Source: Candidatus Heimdallarchaeota archaeon (GTDB lineage Archaea; Asgardarchaeota; Heimdallarchaeia; Heimdallarchaeales; Heimdallarchaeaceae). Taken from it: a DNA stretch of 64,000 bases. Position 1 is the first letter of the stretch. Each line of letters begins with the position of its first letter. This document shows, piece after piece, positions 10,622 through 21,628 of the stretch. Location of the stretch: the NCBI GenBank assembly GCA_030603365.1, contig JAUVXV010000004.1, forward strand, positions 280,976 to 344,975, given 5' to 3'. The translations under genes were made by a program, and so were the position numbers. Under the pieces are notes generated by a model. The model had not been told where the DNA came from. It searched no databases and saw only the letters and a program-made list of their open reading frames with translations.

Positions 10622-10959
10622 CGAAACTGAGTCGATAGCAACGACTAGCCGGGGACCTAGGGCGTCCTTGTACCAGAAGCGCTCTATATGCTGGGGTGAA
10701 ATCTGTTGCTGAGGCTTCGTTGAAGTTGATACGCCTTATCCGGAAAGTGTCGAAGCGTCGACCCGCAGGACTGTGTATTTCAGAGGCGATTTCAGAGGAA
10801 ATCGTTAGAAAGGATAAGATCAAAATGGGCCAGGCACGGAAGTGAGAAGCTCTAAGATCGATATGTGGTGCTTACGGTCATCGGCGTGGAGCTTATGGGT
10901 AAGAAACGGCTTCTGATGCGATGTCGAACTTCAGGTCGCTATGTTCGGCTCAGTTGTCG
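10622..10959 (+). ncRNA. ffs: Archaeal signal recognition particle (7S/SRP) RNA
   Basis: GC-rich island. 5' AACTGAGTCGA pairs with 3' TTCGGCTCAGTT. Alu-like GCCGGGGACCTAGGGCGTCCTTGTACC, helix 6 with a GGAA loop, helix 8 GGCCAGGCACGGAAGTGAG, and a T-run after the 3' end. Confidence 0.9.
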
Positions 10960-11029
10960 ACCATTTTTTCCAAAAACTCTATTAATAACCAAATTTTACT
11001 TAACTTCCTTAAGAATTCAATGTGAGACA

Positions 11030-12984
11030 ATGAAACATATCTTAAATTCTGAACTAAAAAGTATTGAGAAGTTAGTAATTCAAGGTGAATATAAGCAGGC
11101 CCATGAATTGATAGATCAATACTTAGATAATGTAGGTCTTTCCATTGAGGATCATATAAACTGTAAAATCCTCAAAACCAGAATTTACTACCTCACACAA
11201 CCCTACTCTTTAAGTTTAGAATTTGGTGAAGATGCTCTTGAGAAAAGTAAGGAAATTAGTAATAATTACTTGATTTTTGATTCCGCAATCCGGATTTGTA
11301 ATATTCTTATGATTACAGGAAGAATTGATGAGATGCGGAAAAAACTTGAAATTGTTGAACAAGCTCTGAATTCTATCGAAAATAAAGATGATATCGAATA
11401 TCTTAGAAGAAAATCACTCTTTCTCAGATCTAGACACGGTTATAGCTCAGGGTTTGATGTTATATTTGAAAGTTTGAGTCAAAGTATGAAAATAGCAGAA
11501 CAAATTAATGATGATTATGAAAAAGCAAGGGTTTTATTTGATCTAGGTAATCTACACAGCTTCTTTGATAAGAAGTCAGAGGCTCTCACATTTTATGAAC
11601 AATGCTTAACTGTTGCTGAAAAGACTGGTGATATTGAACTAATGATGGGATCACAAACTAATACTGCAGACATATATATGTTAAAAGGAGAACTAGAAGA
11701 AGCATTTAAACTTCATAAGAACGCACTAGTATTAGCAAAAAAAATGAACTCGCCTTTCATTGTAGCTATTCTTCTTGGAGACATTGGTTTTCATTATTGG
11801 CATAAAGGAGATATAATATCAATGTACAGTTATTATGAACAAAGTATAGCTTCTTTCGAACAAGCTAAAAATACTACTCATTGGCATTATCCAACATCTA
11901 TTTTTAATTTAGCTCTGATCTCGTTAGAATTGGAAGATGTGAAAAGAGCTGTAGAAATTCAAGATAAAATTGAATCTATTAAAAACCAACATGAAGATAC
12001 ACACCTCAGTCACAGACTATTCACTCTTTTAAAGGTAATAATTCTTAAACATCAATTATTTCAAGGGAAGGAAACAGATACAAAAACACGTTTACAAATA
12101 GAAAGAATATTGGAAGACGTATCTTTTGCTAAATTTGTATATGCCGATCTTAATAAAATTGCTTTGTTTCATCTTTGTGATTTTTATGTTAATGAGTATC
12201 ATTCTTCGAAGGATGATTCAATATATGAAAAGCTAAAAACAACTATTTCTAGATTTACACAAAGAGCTGACAAGCAAAAATCCTACGTCTTACTCGCTGA
12301 AGCTTATTTGTTTGAATCCCAGATGAAGTTAATAGATTTCAATACAAATGAAGCTAAAAACCTATTGAATAAAGCCCAGAAAATAGCCGATGAAAAAGGC
12401 ATTTACAAGCTTGGGACTTTAATCTCAAACACGCATGATAAACTTATTGAGCAACACGATTTGTGGGAAAACGCTACACATCAGTTACCAGATATTATTG
12501 AAAGGATGGGTTGTCTCATCTAGAGGATTTATTAGACAAACTTGTACACAACAAAATCTCCTATGCGGATGTTATTCAAGAAGCAGAGAAACCAAGTGTT
12601 TTTGTAATAATTAACAAAGAAGGTTATGTTTCTTTTGTTGAGAATTTCGAAACTCAACATTTAGAAGACGAGTTATTGAATGAGATTACAGGAGTTATAC
12701 TGAACTCAAAAATCATGGAGGATGGTTCAGATAATTTCATTGAACGAGCAAGAATCAGGGGGTACAATATAATTTTTCGTGATCTTGAAGGAATCAGACT
12801 TTGCTATGCGTTTATAGGAAAATCCTATTCTGCAATCAATAAATTTAGAGTTCTAATTAAAGAATTTCATGAATTAAGTAATATATGGTTTGACTTGAAT
12901 GAGAAAATATCCATTCAACGAAAAATTGAGCTAAATGATCGTATTCGGCTTTCTAAATATTTGCAAACTATTTTCGTAGAATAA
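11030..12984 (+). pseudogene. Asgard-type TPR-repeat protein with a C-terminal longin-like domain, frameshifted at ~12510
   Basis: TPR helices start at ATG 11030. ORF1 ends ERMGCLI and ORF2 begins (L)SHLEDLL; one missing base in ATG GG TTG joins them. Confidence 0.7.
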
Positions 12985-13007
12985 AAAAAAGAGTGAATTT
13001 GTGAAGA

Positions 13008-13607
13008 CTAGTAAGTTTCACAAAGTAGTTCGAAATAATTATGTGGATGACTGCAACTTGGACAGGTATGTGGTGGTTCCTCACCTTCGTGGACATATCC
13101 ACATTTTCGACAAACCCATTTCATCTTTTGATCTTTTTTAAAGACTGTACCTGCTTCTACCTGTTCAAGAAGTTTCTTGTAACGATCTTCATGGTGCACT
13201 TCAGCTTGTCCGATTGCTCTTAACCTTGTAGCGATTTTAGAGTGACCCTCCTTCTCTGCAATATCTGCAAACTCTGGATACATTATTGTGTGTTCATAAT
13301 TTTCTCCTGCGATTGCAGCTTTAAGATTTGTAATTGTATCATCTAAAATTAATGGTGCTTCTGCATCAACATGAATTGCTTCCTCTTTGAACTTTAGTTT
13401 CTTCCTTAATTGGTTGAGCATTTGAAAGTTCCATTTTGCATGTTCTCTTTCATTATCAGCTGTGATGAGAAAGATGTCAGCAATTTGTTCGTATCCCGCT
13501 TTTTTAGCAACCTTGGAGTACATCTGGTAGCGATTTCGTGCTTGACTTTCACCGATGAATGCTTTGGCTAGATTTTTCATTGTTTCACTCATTATTATAC
13601 TCTCCAT
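13008..13607 (-). CDS. rbr: Rubrerythrin
   Basis: GESQARNRY, two ExxH di-iron motifs, C-terminal WVCRKCG...CPSC rubredoxin domain. Confidence 0.95.
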   Translation of the reverse strand: MESIIMSETMKNLAKAFIGESQARNRYQMYSKVAKKAGYEQIADIFLITADNEREHAKWNFQMLNQLRKKLKFKEEAIHVDAEAPLILDDTITNLKAAIAGENYEHTIMYPEFADIAEKEGHSKIATRLRAIGQAEVHHEDRYKKLLEQVEAGTVFKKDQKMKWVCRKCGYVHEGEEPPHTCPSCSHPHNYFELLCETY

Positions 13608-13690
13608 TGAGTTAAATTTTGTGTGTTTGGTACCAAAAAAATTGCTACTTTAAATTTGTTTTGCTATAAAACATAGCATTAAATTAACCT

Positions 13691-14632
13691 TTAATTTCGA
13701 GATGAACTTAATTGATTTTTTAACCAACAACCTTTGCAGAACTCACCAGTAGTGGCCTCTCCACAAATGGTACAGTCTTTCAATTCTTTTTTGGATGGGG
13801 TCTGTTGAATCATTTTTAGGAGTTTTTCATTTCCTCGTAAGATATTAAAAGAAAGCATAGGTTGTTTTTCTTGTGTGTTAAATATAAACTCCCTAACTTC
13901 ACCACGATATGCTTCAACTGCATAAGGACATTGAATCTCTTGATATTCAAGATCATTAAGATAACAATACATTACTATCTCAGCTTGAGGTGTATTTCGG
14001 AAAGGTTTTGCTCTTGGAACTAAGTTTTTGTGAATTTTCCTTGGGGTTGGGTTTAGCCTTGCTAATCTCTGTATATCTCCTCTGATGATATTTAGAAGAA
14101 TAGTTTCAGCTTCATCTTCAAGATTGTGACCGGTGAGTACTACATCTGCACCTATTTCCAAAGCAGCTTGGTTCAAAATTTTTCTTCTTAGAATTCCACA
14201 ATAAGAACATGCACCAAACTCTCTGCCTTCTCCTCTTTCCCCTAATTTTTTTATAATCTCATCAAGTTCATAGCCGAAATCGTTCTTAAACGAATAAACA
14301 TGGTGTTCAATATCAAGTTTTTTGACAATCTTTTGAGCATACAGCATACCTTCATCTCTGTATTCTGCAATTCCTTCATCTATTGTAATGGCAACTATTT
14401 CGCTTTCTGGAAAATCGGATTCTATTTTAGCTAAAATATCTAAAAGTGCTATGCTGTCCTTTCCGCCTGAAACACCAACTGCAACCTTATCATCTCTTTT
14501 CAGCATTTTGTGTTTGGTAATGGTACGCTGCACTCTTTTAATCATCTGTTCATTAAAGTGCTTTGAACAAACCGCTAATTTGTCATACTGACGAACATAT
14601 ACGACTTGTTTTTCACAGAAAGCGCATTTCAT
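13691..14632 (-). CDS. tRNA 2-thiolation protein (TtuA/Ncs6/NcsA family)
   Basis: SGGKDS PP-loop, CSYCGILRR, GHNLED, Zn fingers at both termini. Confidence 0.92.
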   Translation of the reverse strand: MKCAFCEKQVVYVRQYDKLAVCSKHFNEQMIKRVQRTITKHKMLKRDDKVAVGVSGGKDSIALLDILAKIESDFPESEIVAITIDEGIAEYRDEGMLYAQKIVKKLDIEHHVYSFKNDFGYELDEIIKKLGERGEGREFGACSYCGILRRKILNQAALEIGADVVLTGHNLEDEAETILLNIIRGDIQRLARLNPTPRKIHKNLVPRAKPFRNTPQAEIVMYCYLNDLEYQEIQCPYAVEAYRGEVREFIFNTQEKQPMLSFNILRGNEKLLKMIQQTPSKKELKDCTICGEATTGEFCKGCWLKNQLSSSRN

Positions 14633-14641
14633 TTTTTAACC

Positions 14642-15832
14642 TCATAATATCATTGGCAATATGATGTTGATAACTAGAATTAGGAGTGATACGATTCTAA
14701 TCCCATTTAGTATTCGTTTGTATTTATTTTCTTCTGGAACTTTGTTCTTTAAATAAATTTGGAGTATCTTGTCACCATCAGTCATAACTAATGGTAGCAT
14801 ATTTAGAAAGACAGCCATAATACTGATATTCAAAGTATAAGTTATCTGTAAATCCCAATAATACGGAAACCAGATTGTTTGCCATTCTGCTTTTGGTGGA
14901 TAATAGTTGTAAATATTTACGCCCAGATAAATTTTTGAAGAACTGGTTTCATTTGAACTTGGGTTAATTTTAGTTGGCACTAATGTAATATTCGTATCAT
15001 CTAAGAGTGTGATATAGAATGTATCAGCATCTAGATTTGCTAACATGATTGAACTATAGTCATTTATGTTTGAAACTGGTTCATATAATATTCCGCTTAA
15101 AGAATCATTATACTTTCCAATACTAACAATAACATCCCCCACTTCAATTCCTACAATATCTGCTGGATAACTTTCATAGATGTTCGTTATTAACACTCCA
15201 CTAGAAGGACCATATCCAATAGATGTGATTGCAGGAGTTAAGAAATAAAGAGCTACAAAAAATATGGATAAAACTGCATTGACAGCTGATCCATTCAGAA
15301 GAACCTTGATTCTGCTTTTTGAATCTGCTTTTTCCATAGATTCTCTTACAAGCTCCACAAACCCCCCAAAAAAGACAAGAACAAGAAAAATACCTGATGT
15401 TTTAATTTCAATACCTTCTCTTCTTGCCATTACAGCATGAGCAATTTCATGCGGAATCAGTACAACTAAAATTGGAAAGATAAAGAGAAGAGCCATCTTA
15501 AAATCAATTGTCACACCTGGAATAATTAGTTGTAATCCCAACCCAGCTGGAGAATTGAACAGAACTAGAAAAGGATTCACAAGAAAGAATCCCAATAGAC
15601 CTATTGTTATGATTCCCGTAAGAATTTTACCTAAATTATAAATAAATTTCCAGAATCTTTTCCCCTTGTCTCCCATTTTTTCTAGTATTTTATTAAAGTA
15701 CTTTGTTCGAAAAATTATACCAACTGGTATGATGTAAATTCCATATTTTTTAAGGTTCAACAAATTGGCGATGTAAGATAAAACTAGTAACCCTATTAGC
15801 ACAATTAGTATAATCTGGAAAGTTGTTAGCAT
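14642..15832 (-). CDS. Site-2 intramembrane metalloprotease (M50) with PDZ-like insert
   Basis: HEIAH, NMLPLVMTDG, PADIVGIEVGDVIVSI. Confidence 0.9.
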   Translation of the reverse strand: MLTTFQIILIVLIGLLVLSYIANLLNLKKYGIYIIPVGIIFRTKYFNKILEKMGDKGKRFWKFIYNLGKILTGIITIGLLGFFLVNPFLVLFNSPAGLGLQLIIPGVTIDFKMALLFIFPILVVLIPHEIAHAVMARREGIEIKTSGIFLVLVFFGGFVELVRESMEKADSKSRIKVLLNGSAVNAVLSIFFVALYFLTPAITSIGYGPSSGVLITNIYESYPADIVGIEVGDVIVSIGKYNDSLSGILYEPVSNINDYSSIMLANLDADTFYITLLDDTNITLVPTKINPSSNETSSSKIYLGVNIYNYYPPKAEWQTIWFPYYWDLQITYTLNISIMAVFLNMLPLVMTDGDKILQIYLKNKVPEENKYKRILNGIRIVSLLILVINIILPMIL

Positions 15833-15950
15833 CAGTAACTCTGTTGCCTATTTTGTTATATGTCTTTAAAAAACTGCTTTTCTGATTAATTTCTTACTAG
15901 TATATCAGAAAACTGATTCTTTTTAATACCTAGAAGCTATCTTTTGAAAA

Positions 15951-17051
15951 ATGAATAAAATCTCACAATGGCATGGTAATCTTGTTGTCGGAAACCCAAG
16001 TGAAGGTTGTAGATTATGCTCACTAGGTTCAAAAATGGTTTTATTCATTACTGGAAAGTGTGATTCCAATTGTTTTTATTGTCCAATTACTAAAGAAAAA
16101 AGACATGATATTATTTTTGCTAATGAACAGCAAATTGATACTATTGATCAAGCAATTAATGAAGCTCATATGATTTCTGCTTTAGGGGTCGGGATAACGG
16201 GTGGAGATCCCTCTCTTACACTAGGCAGGGTTATAGAGTATATTTCTGCATTCAAAAAAGAGTTTGGACAGAAGTTTCATTGTCACCTTTACACATCCCA
16301 TGCATTAACAAAAGTTCATCTAAATCAGTTGCATACAGCTGGTTTAGATGAGATAAGATTTCATCCTCCAGTACTAAACCTAACAGATAACATTAAGGAA
16401 TCAATTAGGATTGCACAATCTCTTGATTGGCAAGTTGGAATTGAAATACCTGTGATTCCTGATAAACGTGATAAAATAATCAGAATAATCAATTTTGCAA
16501 TCGAGTTAAATCTGAGTTTTGTGAATCTTAATGAGTTTGAAATCACAGAAGCCAATGTAGAAAAATTGCATAATTTCGGTTATAAAGTGAAAAATGAAAT
16601 AAGTGCAGCTGTGGAAGGAAGTGATACTTTAGCAGAAGAACTTCTTAATCAATTCAAAAAATCTCCTGTTACTATTCATTTCTGCTCAGCTGGATATAAA
16701 GATGGAGTGCAGTTGAAGAACCGTTTGATTAGAAGAGCAAAGAATTATAGCCAGAAATTTGATGAAATAACCAATGAAGGTTTACTTGTTAGAGGTAGGA
16801 TAATTCTTCGAGAAAAAAGTATAATCTCACAAATTGTTCTAGACCTTCAAACTACTTTTAATATCCAACAAAGTGACTTAGAAGTGAATGAAGGTAAAAA
16901 ATGTATTTTTGTTAATTGGAAAACTGCAAGAAAAATAGGAGATTATTTAGTCGGAAAGTATTCAGATAAGATTGATAGCATAGAAATTATTCATCAATAC
17001 CCCTATCAAAATGGTATTATCACATATCTTGAACCTTTATACGAATCTTAA
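15951..17051 (+). CDS. Archaeal radical SAM protein (COG2108-like)
   Basis: GCRLCSLGSKMVLFITG, CDSNCFYC, GLDEIRFHP. Confidence 0.88.
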   Translation: MNKISQWHGNLVVGNPSEGCRLCSLGSKMVLFITGKCDSNCFYCPITKEKRHDIIFANEQQIDTIDQAINEAHMISALGVGITGGDPSLTLGRVIEYISAFKKEFGQKFHCHLYTSHALTKVHLNQLHTAGLDEIRFHPPVLNLTDNIKESIRIAQSLDWQVGIEIPVIPDKRDKIIRIINFAIELNLSFVNLNEFEITEANVEKLHNFGYKVKNEISAAVEGSDTLAEELLNQFKKSPVTIHFCSAGYKDGVQLKNRLIRRAKNYSQKFDEITNEGLLVRGRIILREKSIISQIVLDLQTTFNIQQSDLEVNEGKKCIFVNWKTARKIGDYLVGKYSDKIDSIEIIHQYPYQNGIITYLEPLYES

Positions 17052-18139
17052 CTATCAGGAAGGGGGAAACGAAGAAGTGCAGCTATTCCGCCTAAACTAG
17101 CTAATTGCTCTCCCGATTCATGATGAATTGACATGATAACTGTTTTTCCTCTCATTTTTGCATTTACATCTACCATTTCGTCAATCATTTGTCGTTTTTC
17201 TAAATCCTCAATACTTATTTGATTGTCACTGATTAGTAAAACATCGATAGCTCCTATTTCTAGTGCTTTTTTTACATTATCCAAACCATATGTTACTGTA
17301 CCTGTTTCCTGACCTATTCTTTTGAAAATTTCATCAACTAACCTAGTTTCATATACAACTCTTTGCTCACTAGCTATCTTCTCTGGTAATTTCTTTGATA
17401 GAACTTCTTTTAGTCCTACCCTACCTCCTGTACTCACATGAACTCTGTTAATTTTTTCAGCTAGTGTTGGGTCTCGATTTTTTATAAATTCATGAAAATT
17501 TTCAGGAGTAAACCCTGGTCCAGCAAGTATGATAACCTCTGAAGAGTGCTTTTGTACGGTGTCTTGTATCAACTGTAATACTTCAGTAAAGAAATTTCCC
17601 ATCTCACTGGAATGTTGCTTAATATCACTGAATTTCCGTGTTACTGATGAGCTGAATTCGGAAATAATTTTTGTTGTAAATTGAGTTACTATTGCTATGC
17701 AAATACTATTATCTTCAATTGTTACAACTAGTATCTGTGCAAGCATTGAAGCTTTTTCGACATCTTCAATAACTTTTTTCTCCATAGATGTCCAATTGAC
17801 TTTTTGAATTCTGATTTTTTCCATTAAAGACAAAGAAATGGTGTGATATGAACCTAGTGAAACTAAATCTTCTTGTCCCGCTATGACTTTCCCCTTAAAT
17901 CTCAGATTATCCCCAAATCCATGAAAAGCAAGTTCTTCTATCTCTACTTCTAGAACCATTTTGACTCTCTCCCCTGAATCGGCTCTCCCATCTTCATTAT
18001 TTCTTCTAATTCGTCTTGATGTAGTGGCTCTAACTTTATCTCCTGCTTTAAGAATTCGATAAATTGCGTACAGATCATCAATATTTTCAGGGATGAGTTC
18101 AAGTATTCCATGTTTGTAATCTTTCTTAAGAATCTTCAT
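17048..18139 (-). CDS. pelA: mRNA surveillance protein Pelota (aDom34)
   Basis: PENIDDLY, LGSYHT, AGPGF, LGGIAALLRF. Confidence 0.95.
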   Translation of the reverse strand: MKILKKDYKHGILELIPENIDDLYAIYRILKAGDKVRATTSRRIRRNNEDGRADSGERVKMVLEVEIEELAFHGFGDNLRFKGKVIAGQEDLVSLGSYHTISLSLMEKIRIQKVNWTSMEKKVIEDVEKASMLAQILVVTIEDNSICIAIVTQFTTKIISEFSSSVTRKFSDIKQHSSEMGNFFTEVLQLIQDTVQKHSSEVIILAGPGFTPENFHEFIKNRDPTLAEKINRVHVSTGGRVGLKEVLSKKLPEKIASEQRVVYETRLVDEIFKRIGQETGTVTYGLDNVKKALEIGAIDVLLISDNQISIEDLEKRQMIDEMVDVNAKMRGKTVIMSIHHESGEQLASLGGIAALLRFPLPDS

Positions 18140-18184
18140 TTCTATATCAGCTTCTGTACATATATTGGTAAATTTATTAATTTA

Positions 18185-18622
18185 CTACTTTTGATCTTCA
18201 TGTTTTTCTTCATTTATCAGCGTATAGAAGTCCGTGCCTTGATTTTTAAGATCATCAATAGCTACTCTATAGCTTCCCCCCTTGCTTTGAGTTAAGTCAT
18301 CGGGTACAGAGAGGAATAAATAATCCATGCGTTTTCCTACGAACTTAACAGCAATGTAGGATTGTGCTCCTATTCGATCAGCAAATAGTTGTAATCCTTC
18401 TATTTGTTCTTTCTGTATGTAGAAAACGTTTTGACGACTAGTTTTTATTTCTATAGCCAATAACATTCCTTTTTTTGCAGAACCTGCTAGAACATCAGGT
18501 CTAGGCATTTTACTTGTCCCTGAAGAGGAAGGAGCTCTCATGACGGCGAACCCATAGTCCCAAAAACGGTTAACCAATGTTCTTTCATAGTCTGTTGCTC
18601 TTTTTTTACTCAAACTAGCCAT
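18185..18622 (-). CDS. hjc: Holliday junction resolvase Hjc
   Basis: ERTLV, GFAVMRAPSS, PDVLAG, IEIKT. Confidence 0.92.
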   Translation of the reverse strand: MASLSKKRATDYERTLVNRFWDYGFAVMRAPSSSGTSKMPRPDVLAGSAKKGMLLAIEIKTSRQNVFYIQKEQIEGLQLFADRIGAQSYIAVKFVGKRMDYLFLSVPDDLTQSKGGSYRVAIDDLKNQGTDFYTLINEEKHEDQK

Positions 18623-18789
18623 CTCGAACTATTTTAGACTATTTGAATAGAACTTTGTGTGCTTTAAAAAGTTGTTTTTCATTAGAAGGTTATTCAGAAA
18701 AGTAGAAATACAAAACTGAAATTAAGGGATTAAAGTTATAGAAAATGGCACACGCAAAATGAAGTAATTCTGGTATTTAAATTTACAAA

Positions 18790-19248
18790 GTGAGTTTTAT
18801 GAAATCTGAAAATCCTGAAATAAAGCCTATGAATGAAGAAGATATTACCAAAGTTTTTGATATAGAAAGGAAAAGCTTTCCATACCCTTTTGGTGAGATT
18901 TTAATAGGTAATATTTTTTTTGGAGCCCCTGAACTATGCTTTGTGATGGAATCTCAGAATGAGATTATTGGATTTGTTTTAGGGGGATATACTACCGTCC
19001 AAGGTCAAACCCACATTCTTTCAATAGCTTTACTAGAAGAATATAGAAACAAAGGATGGGGTAGAGATTTATTGATTCATTTCATAAAGAGAACTGAAAT
19101 TCTAGGTTATAAGAGTATTAAACTTGAAGTTCAGGTAGATAATGATAAAGCAATTCAGCTTTATGATACATTAGGATTCGATATTATTTCCAGAATTCGA
19201 AAATATTACCAAGATGATTCTGATGCTTTTTTGATGGTAAGGTCATAA
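18790..19248 (+). CDS. rimI: RimI/Ard1-like N-acetyltransferase
   Basis: HILSIA, YRNKGWG, LEV...N..A..LY..LGF...KYY. Confidence 0.88.
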   Translation: MSFMKSENPEIKPMNEEDITKVFDIERKSFPYPFGEILIGNIFFGAPELCFVMESQNEIIGFVLGGYTTVQGQTHILSIALLEEYRNKGWGRDLLIHFIKRTEILGYKSIKLEVQVDNDKAIQLYDTLGFDIISRIRKYYQDDSDAFLMVRS

Positions 19249-19252
19249 TTGC

Positions 19253-20494
19253 TTATTTCATTACTTCCCTCAAGAATTCTGTTGCATATGACCCTCGTTT
19301 TAACTCAAAAGAAATCTTGGCTATACTTTTTCCTTCATTTAGTTCATCAGGCTCTGTTTCAATCAATTTCAGTTTTTCTGGTTTCATTCTAATTGATCTA
19401 AAGGTACCAGTTCCCCCTAGTTTTTTTGATAATGGTTTTGAGAAGTCGTTAAATGAAACTGTTTCTTTATCTAAAATCTTATCGTAAATTTCTTCTACTG
19501 CTCCAGTTAGTTCAATCTTGCTTCCAATCATAGGCGCATATACTATATTATCAGATATTTTTTCTCCATCTATTGGTATAGCTAGATTTTTACTGTATTC
19601 CATATATCTTCTAGTAAGATATTTGTTGAAGAGATATGATTGATATGCATGAATGAATAATTTTTGGAGTTGAGCAGGTAATGAAAATAATACTTGCTTA
19701 TAGTCATTATTTGTTTTTTGAAGTCCTTTTAACAATTTCCTTTCAATTTGTAGATGATTAGGTAAATGTTCAAGTGTTTCCTGTATGTCTCCTGTTTCCC
19801 AATAGATTTTTCTTGAGCGTTGGGAGTTTTTTGATTCTTCTTTGAAGGTTCTTCCAATGTATTCTTTAATTGCAGCTTTAATGTCTCCAAGAAGAAGTTG
19901 TTCTCCGACCCTATGAGTTATTGGTCTTACATCTCCAAATCGTTGTTGACCAAATCCATTGAGTATCCCACCCATAATCTCAATCTCCTTGAAAGTTTCT
20001 CTAAGTCTGGATTTTATTGTGGGTTCATCTAGAGGAATATTTCTAATTATAACTTCAAAAAAGTTACCCCAAAGGTTTCCTAGTCGTAGTTCTTTTATTC
20101 TTAGGCACATAGACCTCGTTTTTATCTTTGGTAGATCAAGTTGGTGCACTTTACCCTCATCTAGACGTTCTTTTATACCCCAAACTGAAACTCTTTGAGC
20201 AGTTAGGGCTTTCTTATCCTTTGATCCAGCTATTCCTATGTTGTTTCTAGGGATTTTCCAAATCTTAGATAACCAATCAAGGGCATCAGATGTGTCAATA
20301 TTATTCTTAATTAGAACAAAATGAACAAAAAGTCCTTTTTTCCCTTCAAGTTTGAAGGTTTTATTTCTTGGATCTAGAACCTCTAAGTCTTGTGTAATTT
20401 CTCCCACAATGAAGTCTTCTGATTTCTGTTTAATGTCTCCTCCAATTCCTTCTGTTTTAGTAATAGCAGGAGTTAATAAGAAAGATGAAGACAA
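19253..20494 (-). CDS. truD: tRNA pseudouridine(13) synthase TruD/Pus7
   Basis: AGSKDKKALTAQ, LGNLWGNFF, FGQQRFG, GSYATEFLRE. Confidence 0.95.
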   Translation of the reverse strand: MSSSFLLTPAITKTEGIGGDIKQKSEDFIVGEITQDLEVLDPRNKTFKLEGKKGLFVHFVLIKNNIDTSDALDWLSKIWKIPRNNIGIAGSKDKKALTAQRVSVWGIKERLDEGKVHQLDLPKIKTRSMCLRIKELRLGNLWGNFFEVIIRNIPLDEPTIKSRLRETFKEIEIMGGILNGFGQQRFGDVRPITHRVGEQLLLGDIKAAIKEYIGRTFKEESKNSQRSRKIYWETGDIQETLEHLPNHLQIERKLLKGLQKTNNDYKQVLFSLPAQLQKLFIHAYQSYLFNKYLTRRYMEYSKNLAIPIDGEKISDNIVYAPMIGSKIELTGAVEEIYDKILDKETVSFNDFSKPLSKKLGGTGTFRSIRMKPEKLKLIETEPDELNEGKSIAKISFELKRGSYATEFLREVMK

Positions 20495-20513
20495 TTTATT
20501 TCCCTACTTTTGA

Positions 20514-20873
20514 TTATAATAGTGTCAGGTCTTCTGAAATTTTATTTATGAGTTCTTCACGTGAGGGACCTATTCCAATTACTGTAGTTGTACCTGGTGG
20601 AAGTTGTGTTAAACCTGCATCGTTAATAACTGCATAAGGAATGTTTGCTTTTCTTGCTACTTCTGCAAGTTTATGTATTTCCTCTTCAGAACTGATTTTA
20701 ACGGTAATTTTTTTCTGTCCTTCAGACAACCAATTATCTGCCCAATCTGGATAGCGTTTCTTGGTTTTTACATATGCTGATACAGAACCGTGCGCTGTTT
20801 GTACAGCAATTTTACCTTTTGACATTTTTAAGTCTGTACGAACTGCAATCACTTGTTTATACTTGAAACTCAT
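20514..20873 (-). CDS. pth2: Peptidyl-tRNA hydrolase 2
   Basis: RTDLKMSKGKIAVQTAH, GQKKI, DAGLTQ, GIGP. Confidence 0.95.
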   Translation of the reverse strand: MSFKYKQVIAVRTDLKMSKGKIAVQTAHGSVSAYVKTKKRYPDWADNWLSEGQKKITVKISSEEEIHKLAEVARKANIPYAVINDAGLTQLPPGTTTVIGIGPSREELINKISEDLTLL

Positions 20874-21004
20874 ACGGACATATCTCAAATTTTAGCTATA
20901 AAATCATAGCGATAAGTTGTAACATATTCTAAAAAGAAATTACAGTAAGAACGATTCTTCCTAATGTCCTCTATTAACATGAACTCATGGGTTCGAAGTA
21001 TGTT

Positions 21005-21508
21005 TTAGACAAACTCGATGTAAGCATGTGTGTTGAGAACTGATGTAACAGTTTGTACTACAATTTCTTCCGGTATTGGAAGATCATTTTTGTAATTTTT
21101 AGAAATTTCAATTTTGTACTCTTTATCACTGAATGGTGGTATATAAAGAGTAGTTACATTCAGAACAGGTATCGGATCTACTAGACTTTCAACTAGTTTT
21201 TTTGGATCATTTGTTTTTTCAAGAAAACGTACTTGCTTTTGAGTATATTCCTTTATTTTGTCAATTATCTCTGGAGAAGACAAAATAGGTACATCCTGTT
21301 TTCTTGTAATTATCATAACAACATCAGATAATTCATACGATGAATAAAATGTGATATTCTTTAGGTCTTTATTAGATTTAGACATATCAATTAGCAATTT
21401 AGAAAGTTCGATATCTGCGTCTGAAATTCTACCTTCTCTGTGAAGTTGCTTACATTTTCTGCAGAGTGTATTGGTTTGAGCATCAATTGTACAAATAGGT
21501 AGTTTCAA
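21005..21508 (-). CDS. Archaeal NusA-like protein with N-terminal Zn-binding motif
   Basis: MKLPICxxDxxxxxLCxxC N-terminus typical of this archaeal family. Confidence 0.75.
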   Translation of the reverse strand: MKLPICTIDAQTNTLCRKCKQLHREGRISDADIELSKLLIDMSKSNKDLKNITFYSSYELSDVVMIITRKQDVPILSSPEIIDKIKEYTQKQVRFLEKTNDPKKLVESLVDPIPVLNVTTLYIPPFSDKEYKIEISKNYKNDLPIPEEIVVQTVTSVLNTHAYIEFV

Positions 21509-21628
21509 TAAGTAAACACCAATAATTATTTCTGTTATAGTGTTTAGTGTATAGTTTTAAGAATTGTGAATACTGTGTGTAAATTATTACTAAATAATAG
21601 TGAATTCAAAGAGGAATTCTTTGATTTT

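Noticed and set aside
10545-11029. ORF 10545-10823 (-) and the N-terminal 55 aa of ORF 10865
   Set aside because: They overlap the SRP RNA; the TPR protein starts at ATG 11030.
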